Below are positions 9,130-18,214 of a stretch of DNA of 60,762 nucleotides, piece after piece. Made by a program: the position numbers and the translations under genes. The DNA comes from an uncultured SAR86 cluster bacterium (GTDB lineage Bacteria; Pseudomonadota; Gammaproteobacteria; Magnimaribacterales; D2472). The stretch is from positions 1 to 60,762 of the forward strand of contig CABYCI010000003.1 of the NCBI GenBank assembly GCA_902517425.1, read 5' to 3'. The notes under the pieces were generated by a model. That model was not told where the DNA came from. It saw nothing but the letters and a program-made list of their open reading frames with translations, and did not search any database. The first letter of the stretch is position 1. Each line of letters starts with the position of its first letter.

Positions 9130-10647
9130 ATGGCACATAAAGTTTTAAATAATATTTCATTAAAAGATGTTGCATCTTCGGGCTTATCTAAACTAAAAAC
9201 AGACTTGTTAGTACTTGTTATTAACAAAAATACAAAAAATGATTCATCTTTTAAAGAGTTAAATAAAATCTCAAAAAACTATATTTCTAAAACAATATCT
9301 TCACATCTAAAAGATGCTGGTAGCAATGTTCTTCTTCCAAAAATTGATGGCATTGCAGCTGCAAACATATTGCTTGTTAATGGATTAGATTCATCAACTC
9401 CAACTCACAAATGGTTAAGCATGTATCAATCTATTGCACACAAAGGTAATAGTCTTAAGTGTAAAGATATTTCAATAATGCCAGGTAACACATATCCAAC
9501 AAAAAAGGATGAGTTCTGGTTAATTGAAATGGTCGCAAAAACAGTAGAATCAAATGTGTATATTTTTTCTGAAACAAAAAATAAAACTGCTTCTAAGCCA
9601 GCGGTAAAAAAACTAACCATATTAACTTCTGGTCTTACCCCATCTGCACTGACTAAAGCAAAACTAGCTGCTAAAACTGGTTATGCTATTGGCGAAGGTG
9701 TGAACACGGCTAAATATCTTGGAGATCTTCCAGCAAATCATTGCACTCCAAAAATAATTGAGAAAAAAGTCAAAGCCATGACAAAGGATTTTCCAAAATT
9801 AAAAATTAAGTCATTTAATGAGCAACAAATGCAAAAGATGGGCATGGGATCATTCCTAAGTGTCTCCAGAGGTAGTGTGGAACCAGCAAGAATGATGGTC
9901 ATTGAATACAAAGGCGGTAAGGCTAATGAAAAACCAATTGCACTAGTTGGTAAAGGCGTTACCTTTGATACTGGAGGAGTTTCAATAAAACCAAGTCCTG
10001 CTATGGATGAAATGAAATGGGATATGTGCGGTGCCGCTACTGTATTTGGAGTTATGTCTACTCTGGCAAGATTAAATGCAGATGTTAACGTAGTGGGTGT
10101 AATGGGTTGTGCTGAAAACATGTGCTCATCCACGGCAACAAAGCCTGGAGACGTTGTAACATCCATGTCAGGTCAAACTATTGAAATTCTAAATACTGAT
10201 GCTGAGGGTAGATTGATTCTTGCTGATTGTCTTACCTTTGTTGGAAAATACAAACCGTCCTATGTAATTGATATGGCTACGCTTACAGGAGCTGTTGTAA
10301 TTGCTTTGGGAAGACATGCTAGTGGTGTGATGAGTAATGATCAACATCTAGCAGATAAAATTATAGAAGCTGGCGAAGATTCTGGTGATAGAGCGTGGCA
10401 ACTTCCATTATGGGACGAACATCAATCTTGTACAAAAACTAAATATGCTGATTTAGCGAATATTGGCGGAGGAAGAGAAGCCGGCACTATTCATGCTGCT
10501 GCTTTCTTATCAAAGTTCACCAATGATTATAAATGGGCTCATATTGATATTGCAGCTACAGCCTCATATAGTTCGCCTGTTAAGGCAGGAACAGGAAGAC
10601 CTGTACCATTAATTAGCGAGTTACTTTTGAGTAAGAAATTAAAATAA
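9130..10647 (+). CDS. pepA: Leucyl aminopeptidase (M17)
   Basis: VGKGVTFDTGG, MKWDMCG, NTDAEGRL, ATLTGA and WAHIDIA motifs. Confidence 0.96.
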   Translation: MAHKVLNNISLKDVASSGLSKLKTDLLVLVINKNTKNDSSFKELNKISKNYISKTISSHLKDAGSNVLLPKIDGIAAANILLVNGLDSSTPTHKWLSMYQSIAHKGNSLKCKDISIMPGNTYPTKKDEFWLIEMVAKTVESNVYIFSETKNKTASKPAVKKLTILTSGLTPSALTKAKLAAKTGYAIGEGVNTAKYLGDLPANHCTPKIIEKKVKAMTKDFPKLKIKSFNEQQMQKMGMGSFLSVSRGSVEPARMMVIEYKGGKANEKPIALVGKGVTFDTGGVSIKPSPAMDEMKWDMCGAATVFGVMSTLARLNADVNVVGVMGCAENMCSSTATKPGDVVTSMSGQTIEILNTDAEGRLILADCLTFVGKYKPSYVIDMATLTGAVVIALGRHASGVMSNDQHLADKIIEAGEDSGDRAWQLPLWDEHQSCTKTKYADLANIGGGREAGTIHAAAFLSKFTNDYKWAHIDIAATASYSSPVKAGTGRPVPLISELLLSKKLK

Positions 10648-10668
10648 TTTTCTATCTCAAACAACATT

Positions 10669-12888
10669 ATGGATAAGCAATATTACCCAGTTGAAATTGA
10701 AGAAAAATGGTCCAAGATTTGGTCTGAAAGAGTTATTTCAAACAAAGACTCTGATACTTCTTTTTCTCAAGTAATACCGCCACCAAATGTTACTGGCACT
10801 CTTCACATGGGTCATAGTTTTCAATATGCCATTATGGACTTCTATACTAGATATCACCATATGGCTGGAAAAGATGCCCATTGGCAAGTTGGTGCCGATC
10901 ATGCAGGCATAGCAACACAAATGGTTGTAGAAAATAACCTTGCAAAAAAAGATATAACCAGACACGAGCTTGGAAGAGAGAAATTTCTTGATGAAGTTTG
11001 GTCTTGGAAAGATTATTCAGAAGAAAAAATTACATCTCAGATTAAAAGGCTGGGCTGCTCTGTAGATTGGAATAAATATAGGTTTACCTTGGATGATGGA
11101 TGCAATGGAGCAGTTATAAAGGCCTTCGTCGAATTACACAGAAAAAATAAAATCTATAGAGGTTACAGATTGGTTAATTGGGATCCATCTCTTAAAACTG
11201 CTGTTTCAGACCTTGAGGTGGTCAGACAGGAAAAAGATGGGTTGCTTTGGCACATCAAATATCCAATTGAGGACTCAGAAGATCATGTATTAGTAGCAAC
11301 AACAAGGCCTGAAACAATGTTTGGGGACATGGCAGTTGCTGTTAATCCAAATGATGATAGATATAAAAATCTTATTGGTAAGAATATCGTTCTACCCTTT
11401 GTTGGAAGAAAAATACCTATATTAGCTGATGAATATGTTGATATGGAATTTGGAACTGGTTGCCTAAAAATAACACCAGGTCATGACTTTAATGATTACG
11501 AAATAGGAAAAAAATATTCACTTCATGAAGTAAAAGGTCAGGTGAAGACCTCAGATACTGCAAGTGACTTTGAACCTATCAATATATTTAATGAAGATGC
11601 ATGGTCAAACGAAAATGTACCTGAGCCATTTTCAAATCTCGATCGTTTTAAAGTTAGGAAAGCTGTATTAGAGAAACTCAAAGAACTCAATCTTTTAGAA
11701 AAAGAAGAAAAACATCGTATAAGTGTTCCAAGAGGCGAAAGATCAAATATAGTTATCGAACCTAGACTTAGCTATCAATGGTATGTAAAAACAAAAGATA
11801 TGGCAGCTCGAGCAAATGATGCTGTTAACAACGGGGAGATAAAATTCCACCCTGAAAACTGGATCAAGACATATTTTAATTGGATGAATAATATTGAAGA
11901 CTGGTGTATCAGTAGACAAATATGGTGGGGTCACAGAATACCTGCTTGGTACGATGAAGATAATAATGTGTATGTTGGTTACAGCGAAGAAGAAGTAAGA
12001 CAGCATTATAAATTAGATGACAGAAAACTCTCACAAGATGATGACGTTCTGGATACTTGGTTTTCTTCAAGTTTATGGCCTTTTGCATCTATGGGATGGC
12101 CAGAAAAAACTGAAGATTTTGAAAAACACTTTCCAACTTCTTTGCTGGTTACTGGGTTTGATATTATATTTTTTTGGGTTGCCAGAATGATGATGATGAG
12201 CCTTGAGTTTACTGATCAAGTCCCTTTTAAAGATGTATATGTCACAGGCCTTATAAGAGATGAAAATGGACAAAAGATGTCCAAATCCAAAGGCAATGTT
12301 ATAGATCCATTAGATCTAATTTATGGTATTTCCCAAGACGATCTGGTTGAAAAAAGAACATCGAATCTGATGCAAGAAGGATTAGCTCAAAAGATTGAAA
12401 AGAAAACAAGAAATCAATTTCCAAAAGGAATCGAATCATATGGAACAGATGCTCTCAGGATGACTTTTTTTTCTTTAGCAACGCATACGAAAGATATTAG
12501 TTTTGAGCTTGGCAGATTAAAGGGGTTTAGAAATTTTTGTACAAAAATATGGAACGCAGCAAGATTTATTGATGGATATCCAAATGAAGGTGAGGTTTTT
12601 GAAGCAATAAATGATCAAGATAAATGGATATACGACGAATTCAATATTGCAAAATCTCAGATTGAAAAAAACATTACTGATTACAGGTTAGATTTTGCAG
12701 TAAATGAAGTATATGAATTTTTCTGGAATAAGTTTTGTGATGTCTATATTGAAGAATGTAAAAAATCTGGTCAAACAGCAAATCTTAGACCATTGCTTAA
12801 AGAAATCTTGCATGTCCTCCATCCATTTGCTCCATTTATAACTGAAGAAATAAGCGAACTTTTATTCAAAGAAAGAATTATAAATTAG
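10669..12888 (+). CDS. valS: Valine--tRNA ligase, C-terminally shortened (739 aa)
   Basis: PPPNVTGTLHMGH, DHAGIATQ, TTRPET/GTG editing domain, DWCISRQ, DVLDTWFSS and KMSKS. Ends shortly after LHPFAPFITEE. Confidence 0.95.
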   Translation: MDKQYYPVEIEEKWSKIWSERVISNKDSDTSFSQVIPPPNVTGTLHMGHSFQYAIMDFYTRYHHMAGKDAHWQVGADHAGIATQMVVENNLAKKDITRHELGREKFLDEVWSWKDYSEEKITSQIKRLGCSVDWNKYRFTLDDGCNGAVIKAFVELHRKNKIYRGYRLVNWDPSLKTAVSDLEVVRQEKDGLLWHIKYPIEDSEDHVLVATTRPETMFGDMAVAVNPNDDRYKNLIGKNIVLPFVGRKIPILADEYVDMEFGTGCLKITPGHDFNDYEIGKKYSLHEVKGQVKTSDTASDFEPINIFNEDAWSNENVPEPFSNLDRFKVRKAVLEKLKELNLLEKEEKHRISVPRGERSNIVIEPRLSYQWYVKTKDMAARANDAVNNGEIKFHPENWIKTYFNWMNNIEDWCISRQIWWGHRIPAWYDEDNNVYVGYSEEEVRQHYKLDDRKLSQDDDVLDTWFSSSLWPFASMGWPEKTEDFEKHFPTSLLVTGFDIIFFWVARMMMMSLEFTDQVPFKDVYVTGLIRDENGQKMSKSKGNVIDPLDLIYGISQDDLVEKRTSNLMQEGLAQKIEKKTRNQFPKGIESYGTDALRMTFFSLATHTKDISFELGRLKGFRNFCTKIWNAARFIDGYPNEGEVFEAINDQDKWIYDEFNIAKSQIEKNITDYRLDFAVNEVYEFFWNKFCDVYIEECKKSGQTANLRPLLKEILHVLHPFAPFITEEISELLFKERIIN

Positions 12889-13339
12889 GTTCAATAAACA
12901 TTTGTATGTGATCGATATTATCTTCTAGATATATCTCTCCCCTATTTTTAAATCCAAGTTGTTTATAAAAACTTAATAGTCTGTGCTGCGCTGAAATAAC
13001 AATTTCATCTTGAGGATATTTATCCCACAAAAAATCTTTACCAATGTTTGTAATTTCTTTTCCTAGCTCATTACCTCTGTGACTTGCCTTTATGACAATT
13101 CTCCCCATTGATGAACCTTCATATTTAATTTTTGGTGGAAATGCTCTGAGATATCCAATTAGATTTTTATTTTTATAACATAACAAATGAAATGCATCTT
13201 GATCAGAATAATCAGCATCTATATAAGGACAATTCTGCTCAAGTACAAAAACTTCTTGTCTCAAACTCAAAATGGCATAAAGATCATCTATTGATAATTC
13301 ATTAAAGCTCTTCCAAAAATAATTCATATTTTTTTTCAT
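12878..13339 (-). CDS. elaA: ElaA-family GNAT acetyltransferase
   Basis: LRQEVFVLEQNCPY, MGRIV, ISAQ, FYKQLGF and YLEDNIDHIQM motifs. Confidence 0.85.
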   Translation of the reverse strand: MKKNMNYFWKSFNELSIDDLYAILSLRQEVFVLEQNCPYIDADYSDQDAFHLLCYKNKNLIGYLRAFPPKIKYEGSSMGRIVIKASHRGNELGKEITNIGKDFLWDKYPQDEIVISAQHRLLSFYKQLGFKNRGEIYLEDNIDHIQMFIEPNL

Positions 13340-13373
13340 AATGAAATATTATATTTAACCATGTTAATTTTAA

Positions 13374-13392
13374 TTGCATATATAATATGCAA
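13374..13392. promoter_or_regulatory. Perfect 8-3-8 inverted repeat (candidate operator) over a -10 box upstream of gpx
   Basis: TTGCATAT-ATA-ATATGCAA, containing TATAAT at 13381-13386. Confidence 0.55.
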
Positions 13393-13418
13393 ACATTTTC
13401 GCACACAAAAAAAAATTT

Positions 13419-13898
13419 ATGAAAACTATTTATGATTATTCTGTAAAAGATGCAAATCTTAAAGATATTTGTTTGAAAGACTATAAAGGTAAGGTATTAC
13501 TCATTGTTAATGTAGCTAGTTACTGTGGATTAACATATCAATATAAAGGATTGGAAACACTTTATAAAAAATATCAACATAAGGGATTGGAGATTATAGG
13601 ATTTCCTTGCAATCAATTCGCACTTCAGGAGCCTGGAACCAATAAAGAAATACAAGAATTTTGTGATACCAACTATGGAATAACTTTTAAAATTTTTAAT
13701 AAAATTAATGTGAATGGTTCAAAAGCTGATCCTTTTTATGAATTTTTAAAAAATGAAAGAGTTGGTGTTGCAGGCACACCACAAATAAAATGGAATTTTA
13801 CAAAGTTCTTAGCTAATAAGAATGGCGAGGTTATTGAACGCTTCAGTCCTCAGGTGGAGTCAAATGAAATTGAAGCTAGTATAAAGAAATATCTTTGA
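13419..13898 (+). CDS. Glutathione peroxidase family protein (Cys type)
   Basis: VNVASYCGLT, GFPCNQF...QEPG and IKWNFTKFL; the active-site codon is TGT. Confidence 0.95.
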   Translation: MKTIYDYSVKDANLKDICLKDYKGKVLLIVNVASYCGLTYQYKGLETLYKKYQHKGLEIIGFPCNQFALQEPGTNKEIQEFCDTNYGITFKIFNKINVNGSKADPFYEFLKNERVGVAGTPQIKWNFTKFLANKNGEVIERFSPQVESNEIEASIKKYL

Positions 13899-13900
13899 TT

Positions 13901-14338
13901 CTATATGTCTAAACTCATTAAAACTGCATCATCAGGATTGTTGCCAGTATAGTAGTTTGATCTAATTGCATCTTTGACAAATTTATATTTTTTATAAAAA
14001 TTAATTGCCTTTAGATTTTTAGACCTTACTTCAAGATAGATCTTATCTGCTCCCAAAACCTTGGATTGCTTTATGAAAGTATCCATAAGCATTTGTCCAG
14101 AGCCCCTTCTCTGCCAATCTTCTAAGACAGCTATATTTAATAAATGACTTTCTTTTTTAATCAAAGAAAAAATTAGAAATCCTATTATTTTTTTATCTTC
14201 CTTGCATACGATTGAATTATGTCCAACCTCAAATGAGGAAAAAAAATTATCTTTTGACCATGGTGATGGATTTGCTTCTAACTCAATCTTGTAAGCTTCC
14301 TCTAAGTTGGAAAAATCCATGAGAGAAATCTTAAACAT
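13901..14338 (-). CDS. rimI: Ribosomal-protein-alanine N-acetyltransferase
   Basis: PWS, HLLNIAV...QRRGSG, LEVRSKN, R.NYY and DAVLM motifs. Confidence 0.92.
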   Translation of the reverse strand: MFKISLMDFSNLEEAYKIELEANPSPWSKDNFFSSFEVGHNSIVCKEDKKIIGFLIFSLIKKESHLLNIAVLEDWQRRGSGQMLMDTFIKQSKVLGADKIYLEVRSKNLKAINFYKKYKFVKDAIRSNYYTGNNPDDAVLMSLDI

Positions 14339-14342
14339 ATTA

Positions 14343-14783
14343 TTAAAGACTTAACTTAGTTTTGATTTCTATCCAAAGATTTTTTTTTAGCACTTTCTTT
14401 AAACTTAACTCGTTTACAGAAGGAGCTAGAATTATGTCTTGATTGATTTGTTTGCCATCAATGATATCTCCAAAAATAATAATCAACTTAAAATTAGATA
14501 AATTTTGAATTTTTTTATTTAATTCGTTTAATGAATTGAAAGAAAGAGCATTTGATTCTTGATGGCCTTCATCACATTTTGTTGACGCAATAATTGCATT
14601 TATTAGACCTTGTTGATTTTCAACAAAGTTTTCAAAAGGTTTATCAAGCAATGCTAAAATTGATCCTTTTTTATAATAATATAAGACTTTGTTGACAGAA
14701 TCAGTTGTCTTTTTTCGTAATGAATATCTTTTAATACCAATCTCTTTTAATATAAGATTAGTTTTTATTTCAGGAGTAAGCAT
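14343..14783 (-). CDS. Divergent DNA polymerase III psi-subunit (HolD)-like protein
   Basis: N-terminal LKEIGIKRYSLR resembles HolD LQQLGITQWSLR; C-terminal APSVNEL...KKNLW resembles SPALTDL...RAALW; sits directly upstream of rimI, as holD does. Confidence 0.6.
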   Translation of the reverse strand: MLTPEIKTNLILKEIGIKRYSLRKKTTDSVNKVLYYYKKGSILALLDKPFENFVENQQGLINAIIASTKCDEGHQESNALSFNSLNELNKKIQNLSNFKLIIIFGDIIDGKQINQDIILAPSVNELSLKKVLKKNLWIEIKTKLSL

Positions 14784-14814
14784 AAGTTACATAATAACAT
14801 TTAGTTTATAAACA

Positions 14815-16473
14815 ATGGATAACCCGATAGACAAATATTCAGCTTTTAAGCCAATTGAACTAGGTAACAGAAAATGGCCTAGCCAAGTTGTAACAAAGAC
14901 ACCTATATGGTGTTCTGTCGACTTGCGTGATGGAAATCAGGCACTAATAGAACCAATGGGTTCTGAAAGAAAAGATAGAATGTTCGATTTGCTTTGCAGG
15001 CTTGGTTTTAAGGAGATAGAGGTTGGGTTTCCTTCTGCTTCTCAAACAGACTTCGATTTTGTTAGAAATCTTATTGAAAACAACAAAATTCCGTCGGATG
15101 TAAATATTCAGGTACTTACTCAGGCAAGAGAAGAATTAATAATAAAAACTTTTGAGTCTTTAGAAGGCTCTTCAAGGGCGATTGTGCATTTTTATAATTC
15201 AACATCTACGCTTCAGAGAAAAGTAGTTTTCAAACAAGATAAAGACGGCATAAAAAAAATTGCAACCGATGCTGCTATGCTTATCAAAAATTTAGCAGAA
15301 AAATATTCCAAAACTGATTGGAGTTTTGAATATTCTCCTGAGAGTTTCACTGGAACAGAGCTAGATTATGCCAGAGAGGTTTGTGATGAAGTTGTAGAAA
15401 TCCTTAAGCCTGTTTCTAAAAATAAAATAATTATAAATCTTCCTGCTACTGTAGAAATGTCAACACCAAATATATATGGTGATCAAATCGAATGGATGAA
15501 TGATAACTTAAAAAATAGAAAAGATATTTGTTTAAGTCTACATCCTCATAATGACAGAGGAACGGCAGTAGCTGCAACAGAATTTGGATTAATGGCTGGA
15601 GCAGATCGAGTTGAAGGCACACTCTTTGGAAACGGAGAAAGAACAGGAAATGTTGATGTTGTAACAGTTGCCTTGAACATGCTTACACAAGGCATTGATC
15701 CCAAATTAGATTTTTCAAATATAAATTCAGTTATGAGAGAAGTCGAATATTGCAATCAATTACCTGTGCATCCAAGACATCCTTACGCTGGAGATCTTGT
15801 TTTTACTGCATTCTCTGGATCTCACCAAGATGCTATCAAGAAAGGGTTTCAAGCTATTAAAAAATCTAATGATCCAAAGTGGCAGGTCCCATATCTTCCT
15901 ATCGATCCAGCAGATTTAGGAAGAAGCTATGAGGCTGTTGTAAGAATTAACTCACAATCAGGCAAAGGAGGTGTTGCATTCCTTTTAGAAAAAGATCATG
16001 GTGTTTCTCTACCAAGAAGACTACAAATAAGTCTAAGTCAAAAAATTCAAAAGCTTGCAGAAGAGACTGGAAAAGAAATAAGCAGTTCACAAATTTGGGA
16101 TATTTTTGAGACAAACTATTTAAAGCCTATAAATAATTTTTCATACATAGAACACTCTTCGACATCAAATGGGGATGCTCATTTTTTAGAACTTATTATG
16201 AATATGGAAAACGAAGAAATTAAAATCAAAGGGAATGGAAATGGCCCTATTGATTCATTTATAAATGGTTTATCAGAAAAATTAGGAATGCAAATTAAAG
16301 TTGCTGACTACCATCAATCAGCAATATCTTCTGGCTCTGATGCGAAAGCTGCTGCATATATAGAACTTGAAAAAGGAGGAAAAACTTTTTGGGGTGTTGG
16401 AATTCATCCAAACACAACAAGAGCATCTTTTGATTCTATAATTGTTGGGCTAAGCAAACTATTAAATAATTAA
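14815..16473 (+). CDS. leuA: 2-isopropylmalate synthase (yeast/Pseudomonas type)
   Basis: WCSVDLRDGNQAL, EYSPESF, NLPATVE, HPHNDRG, AFSGSHQDAI and the GNGPI regulatory domain. Confidence 0.96.
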   Translation: MDNPIDKYSAFKPIELGNRKWPSQVVTKTPIWCSVDLRDGNQALIEPMGSERKDRMFDLLCRLGFKEIEVGFPSASQTDFDFVRNLIENNKIPSDVNIQVLTQAREELIIKTFESLEGSSRAIVHFYNSTSTLQRKVVFKQDKDGIKKIATDAAMLIKNLAEKYSKTDWSFEYSPESFTGTELDYAREVCDEVVEILKPVSKNKIIINLPATVEMSTPNIYGDQIEWMNDNLKNRKDICLSLHPHNDRGTAVAATEFGLMAGADRVEGTLFGNGERTGNVDVVTVALNMLTQGIDPKLDFSNINSVMREVEYCNQLPVHPRHPYAGDLVFTAFSGSHQDAIKKGFQAIKKSNDPKWQVPYLPIDPADLGRSYEAVVRINSQSGKGGVAFLLEKDHGVSLPRRLQISLSQKIQKLAEETGKEISSSQIWDIFETNYLKPINNFSYIEHSSTSNGDAHFLELIMNMENEEIKIKGNGNGPIDSFINGLSEKLGMQIKVADYHQSAISSGSDAKAAAYIELEKGGKTFWGVGIHPNTTRASFDSIIVGLSKLLNN

Positions 16474-17243
16474 TCAAAATTTGGTTCTCTTTTCTCAAAA
16501 AAAGCCTTAACTGCCTCCTTATTTTGAGGACTTACAGTTAATTCATTCTGGATTTCGGCTTCATTATGAAAAGTATCCCAGTAACTAACATGAAGAGACT
16601 CTTTCATTAATTTTTTTGTGTGATTTAGAGATTGGGATGACCTTTTAGCCAAAGTTTGTGCCCATTCAAGTGTTTTACTCTCTAATTCATCTAAAGGTAC
16701 AACCTTATTTGCAATGCCAAACTTTAGGCATTCTTCTGCAGGTATTTTCTTTGCTTCTATCGCATATTCATAGGCTTTTGAAAACCCCATATATTTTGGT
16801 AAGTACCATGAAAGTCCACCATCTGGAACTAAGGCAATATTACTAAAAACTGACAAGATATAACTATCATCAGACATGATTCTTAGATCACAGGACATAG
16901 CAATTGCAGCTCCAATTCCTGCAGCAGGTCCAGCGATTGAGCCAATAACAGGTTTTGGCATATCAATTATATTTTTAAAAAAGGGTTTGTAGCCTCTTAT
17001 AAGAGCATCTTTAGATCCTTTCCAACTGGCTCCTCTCTCGCTTAAATCAGCTCCAGCAGAGAAACCTCTTCCAGAGCCTGTTAATATCACTACTTTAATA
17101 TCATCATCATTTTTGACATCTTCAGTTGCTTTCTGGAAGTCCCATACCAATTGCTCATTAACTGCATTTAAGAGTTTTGGTCTGTCCAATCTGATTATTG
17201 CTATTTTATCTTTCTTAATTAAATTGATCGTTTCTAAGTTCAT
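16470..17243 (-). CDS. Crotonase-family enoyl-CoA hydratase/isomerase (PaaG-like)
   Basis: DRPKLLNA, FSAGADL, AAGIG...SCD, LVPDGG and FFEKREPNF motifs. Confidence 0.9.
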   Translation of the reverse strand: MNLETINLIKKDKIAIIRLDRPKLLNAVNEQLVWDFQKATEDVKNDDDIKVVILTGSGRGFSAGADLSERGASWKGSKDALIRGYKPFFKNIIDMPKPVIGSIAGPAAGIGAAIAMSCDLRIMSDDSYILSVFSNIALVPDGGLSWYLPKYMGFSKAYEYAIEAKKIPAEECLKFGIANKVVPLDELESKTLEWAQTLAKRSSQSLNHTKKLMKESLHVSYWDTFHNEAEIQNELTVSPQNKEAVKAFFEKREPNFD

Positions 17244-18211
17244 GCTTGTCCTTGATTATTTTTCGAAATTAATATGCAACCATTAGCATAAGTTATTTTA
17301 CCAGCAACTTCTTCTTTATCAGCCCTTGACCATTTAACTTGTGATTTTGGTCCAGGATTTGAGTGGATAAAAGTTTTCTTTATTTCTTCAATTATTTTAA
17401 TACTAGGTGTCGCTATATTCGATTTCTTAATCGAATATCTTAATACATCAGAAATTATTGTATCTGGAAGTTCCTTGAGTTCTTTTAAATCAATAGAATT
17501 CCCAATCAGATGTTGATATTTTCCATGTATTAAATTCATATAATTATCATTTCTGGAACTTAAAATTGTAGAAAAATTATTTACTCTCTTTGGGAAATTA
17601 TTCCACCTTTCCTCTAAGAGTGGAAAAATTTTATTTCTTAAAAAATTCCTATCAAAGTTATCGCCTAAATTTGAGTCATCTTCAATAAACTCTATTTCAT
17701 TTTGATTGAGATAGTCTAGTATCTCTTTCTTAGAAGTTTCTAAAAATGGTCTAATTAGGACGCCCTTCCCGATGGATCTCTTTATTTTTGGTCCTTCCAT
17801 TCCGTCTGGTCCACTGCCTCTAAGCAACCTCATAAATATAGTTTCTGCAACATCATCACTATGATGTGCTAGAAGTAATTGATCGTCATCATTTAACAAA
17901 TTTTCAAAAATGTTGTATCTAGCTTTTCTTGACGCTGCTTCAATACCATCTCCATCTGATATTATTTTTACTGACTCTATTATTAAATTTATATTTAAAT
18001 GAGCACACTGCTTTATGCAGTGCTTCTCCCAAAAATCTGAGTGCTTAGATAAATTATGATTGATGTGGATGGCCTTAATTTTTGCTTTTTCATTCAAATC
18101 AACAGTGGATAATAAATGTAATAATGCTGTTGAATCTGGGCCCCCGCTGTAAGCGATTAAGATATTTTTACTAAGATCAATGTATTTAGATATTAATTTA
18201 TTTGTTAACAA
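17240..18211 (-). CDS. tilS: tRNA(Ile)-lysidine synthetase, short form
   Basis: AYSGGPDS PP-loop, EAASRKARY, AHHSDDVAET, RGSG and DDSN...RNFLR; TTG start. Confidence 0.93.
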   Translation of the reverse strand: MLTNKLISKYIDLSKNILIAYSGGPDSTALLHLLSTVDLNEKAKIKAIHINHNLSKHSDFWEKHCIKQCAHLNINLIIESVKIISDGDGIEAASRKARYNIFENLLNDDDQLLLAHHSDDVAETIFMRLLRGSGPDGMEGPKIKRSIGKGVLIRPFLETSKKEILDYLNQNEIEFIEDDSNLGDNFDRNFLRNKIFPLLEERWNNFPKRVNNFSTILSSRNDNYMNLIHGKYQHLIGNSIDLKELKELPDTIISDVLRYSIKKSNIATPSIKIIEEIKKTFIHSNPGPKSQVKWSRADKEEVAGKITYANGCILISKNNQGQA

Positions 18212-18214
18212 TAT

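Noticed and set aside
9426-10166. Antisense ORFs inside pepA, and the similar 60-140 aa track ORFs inside glnD, dapD, valS, dnaE, bamA, dxr, dnaK, the TonB receptor, rpoA and secY
   Set aside because: Nested within well-conserved genes and have no recognisable motifs; expected shadow frames.
12878-13339. elaA as a tRNA-acetylating GNAT toxin linked to the short ValRS
   Set aside because: Sequence is typical ElaA family, there is no adjacent antitoxin, and the orientation is convergent; adjacency alone is not evidence.
13520-13530. Possible selenocysteine in glutathione peroxidase
   Set aside because: The active-site codon is TGT (Cys), with no in-frame TGA.
14784-14814. Leucine attenuator upstream of leuA
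   Set aside because: Only 31 nt separate the divergent genes; no Leu-rich leader peptide or hairpin.
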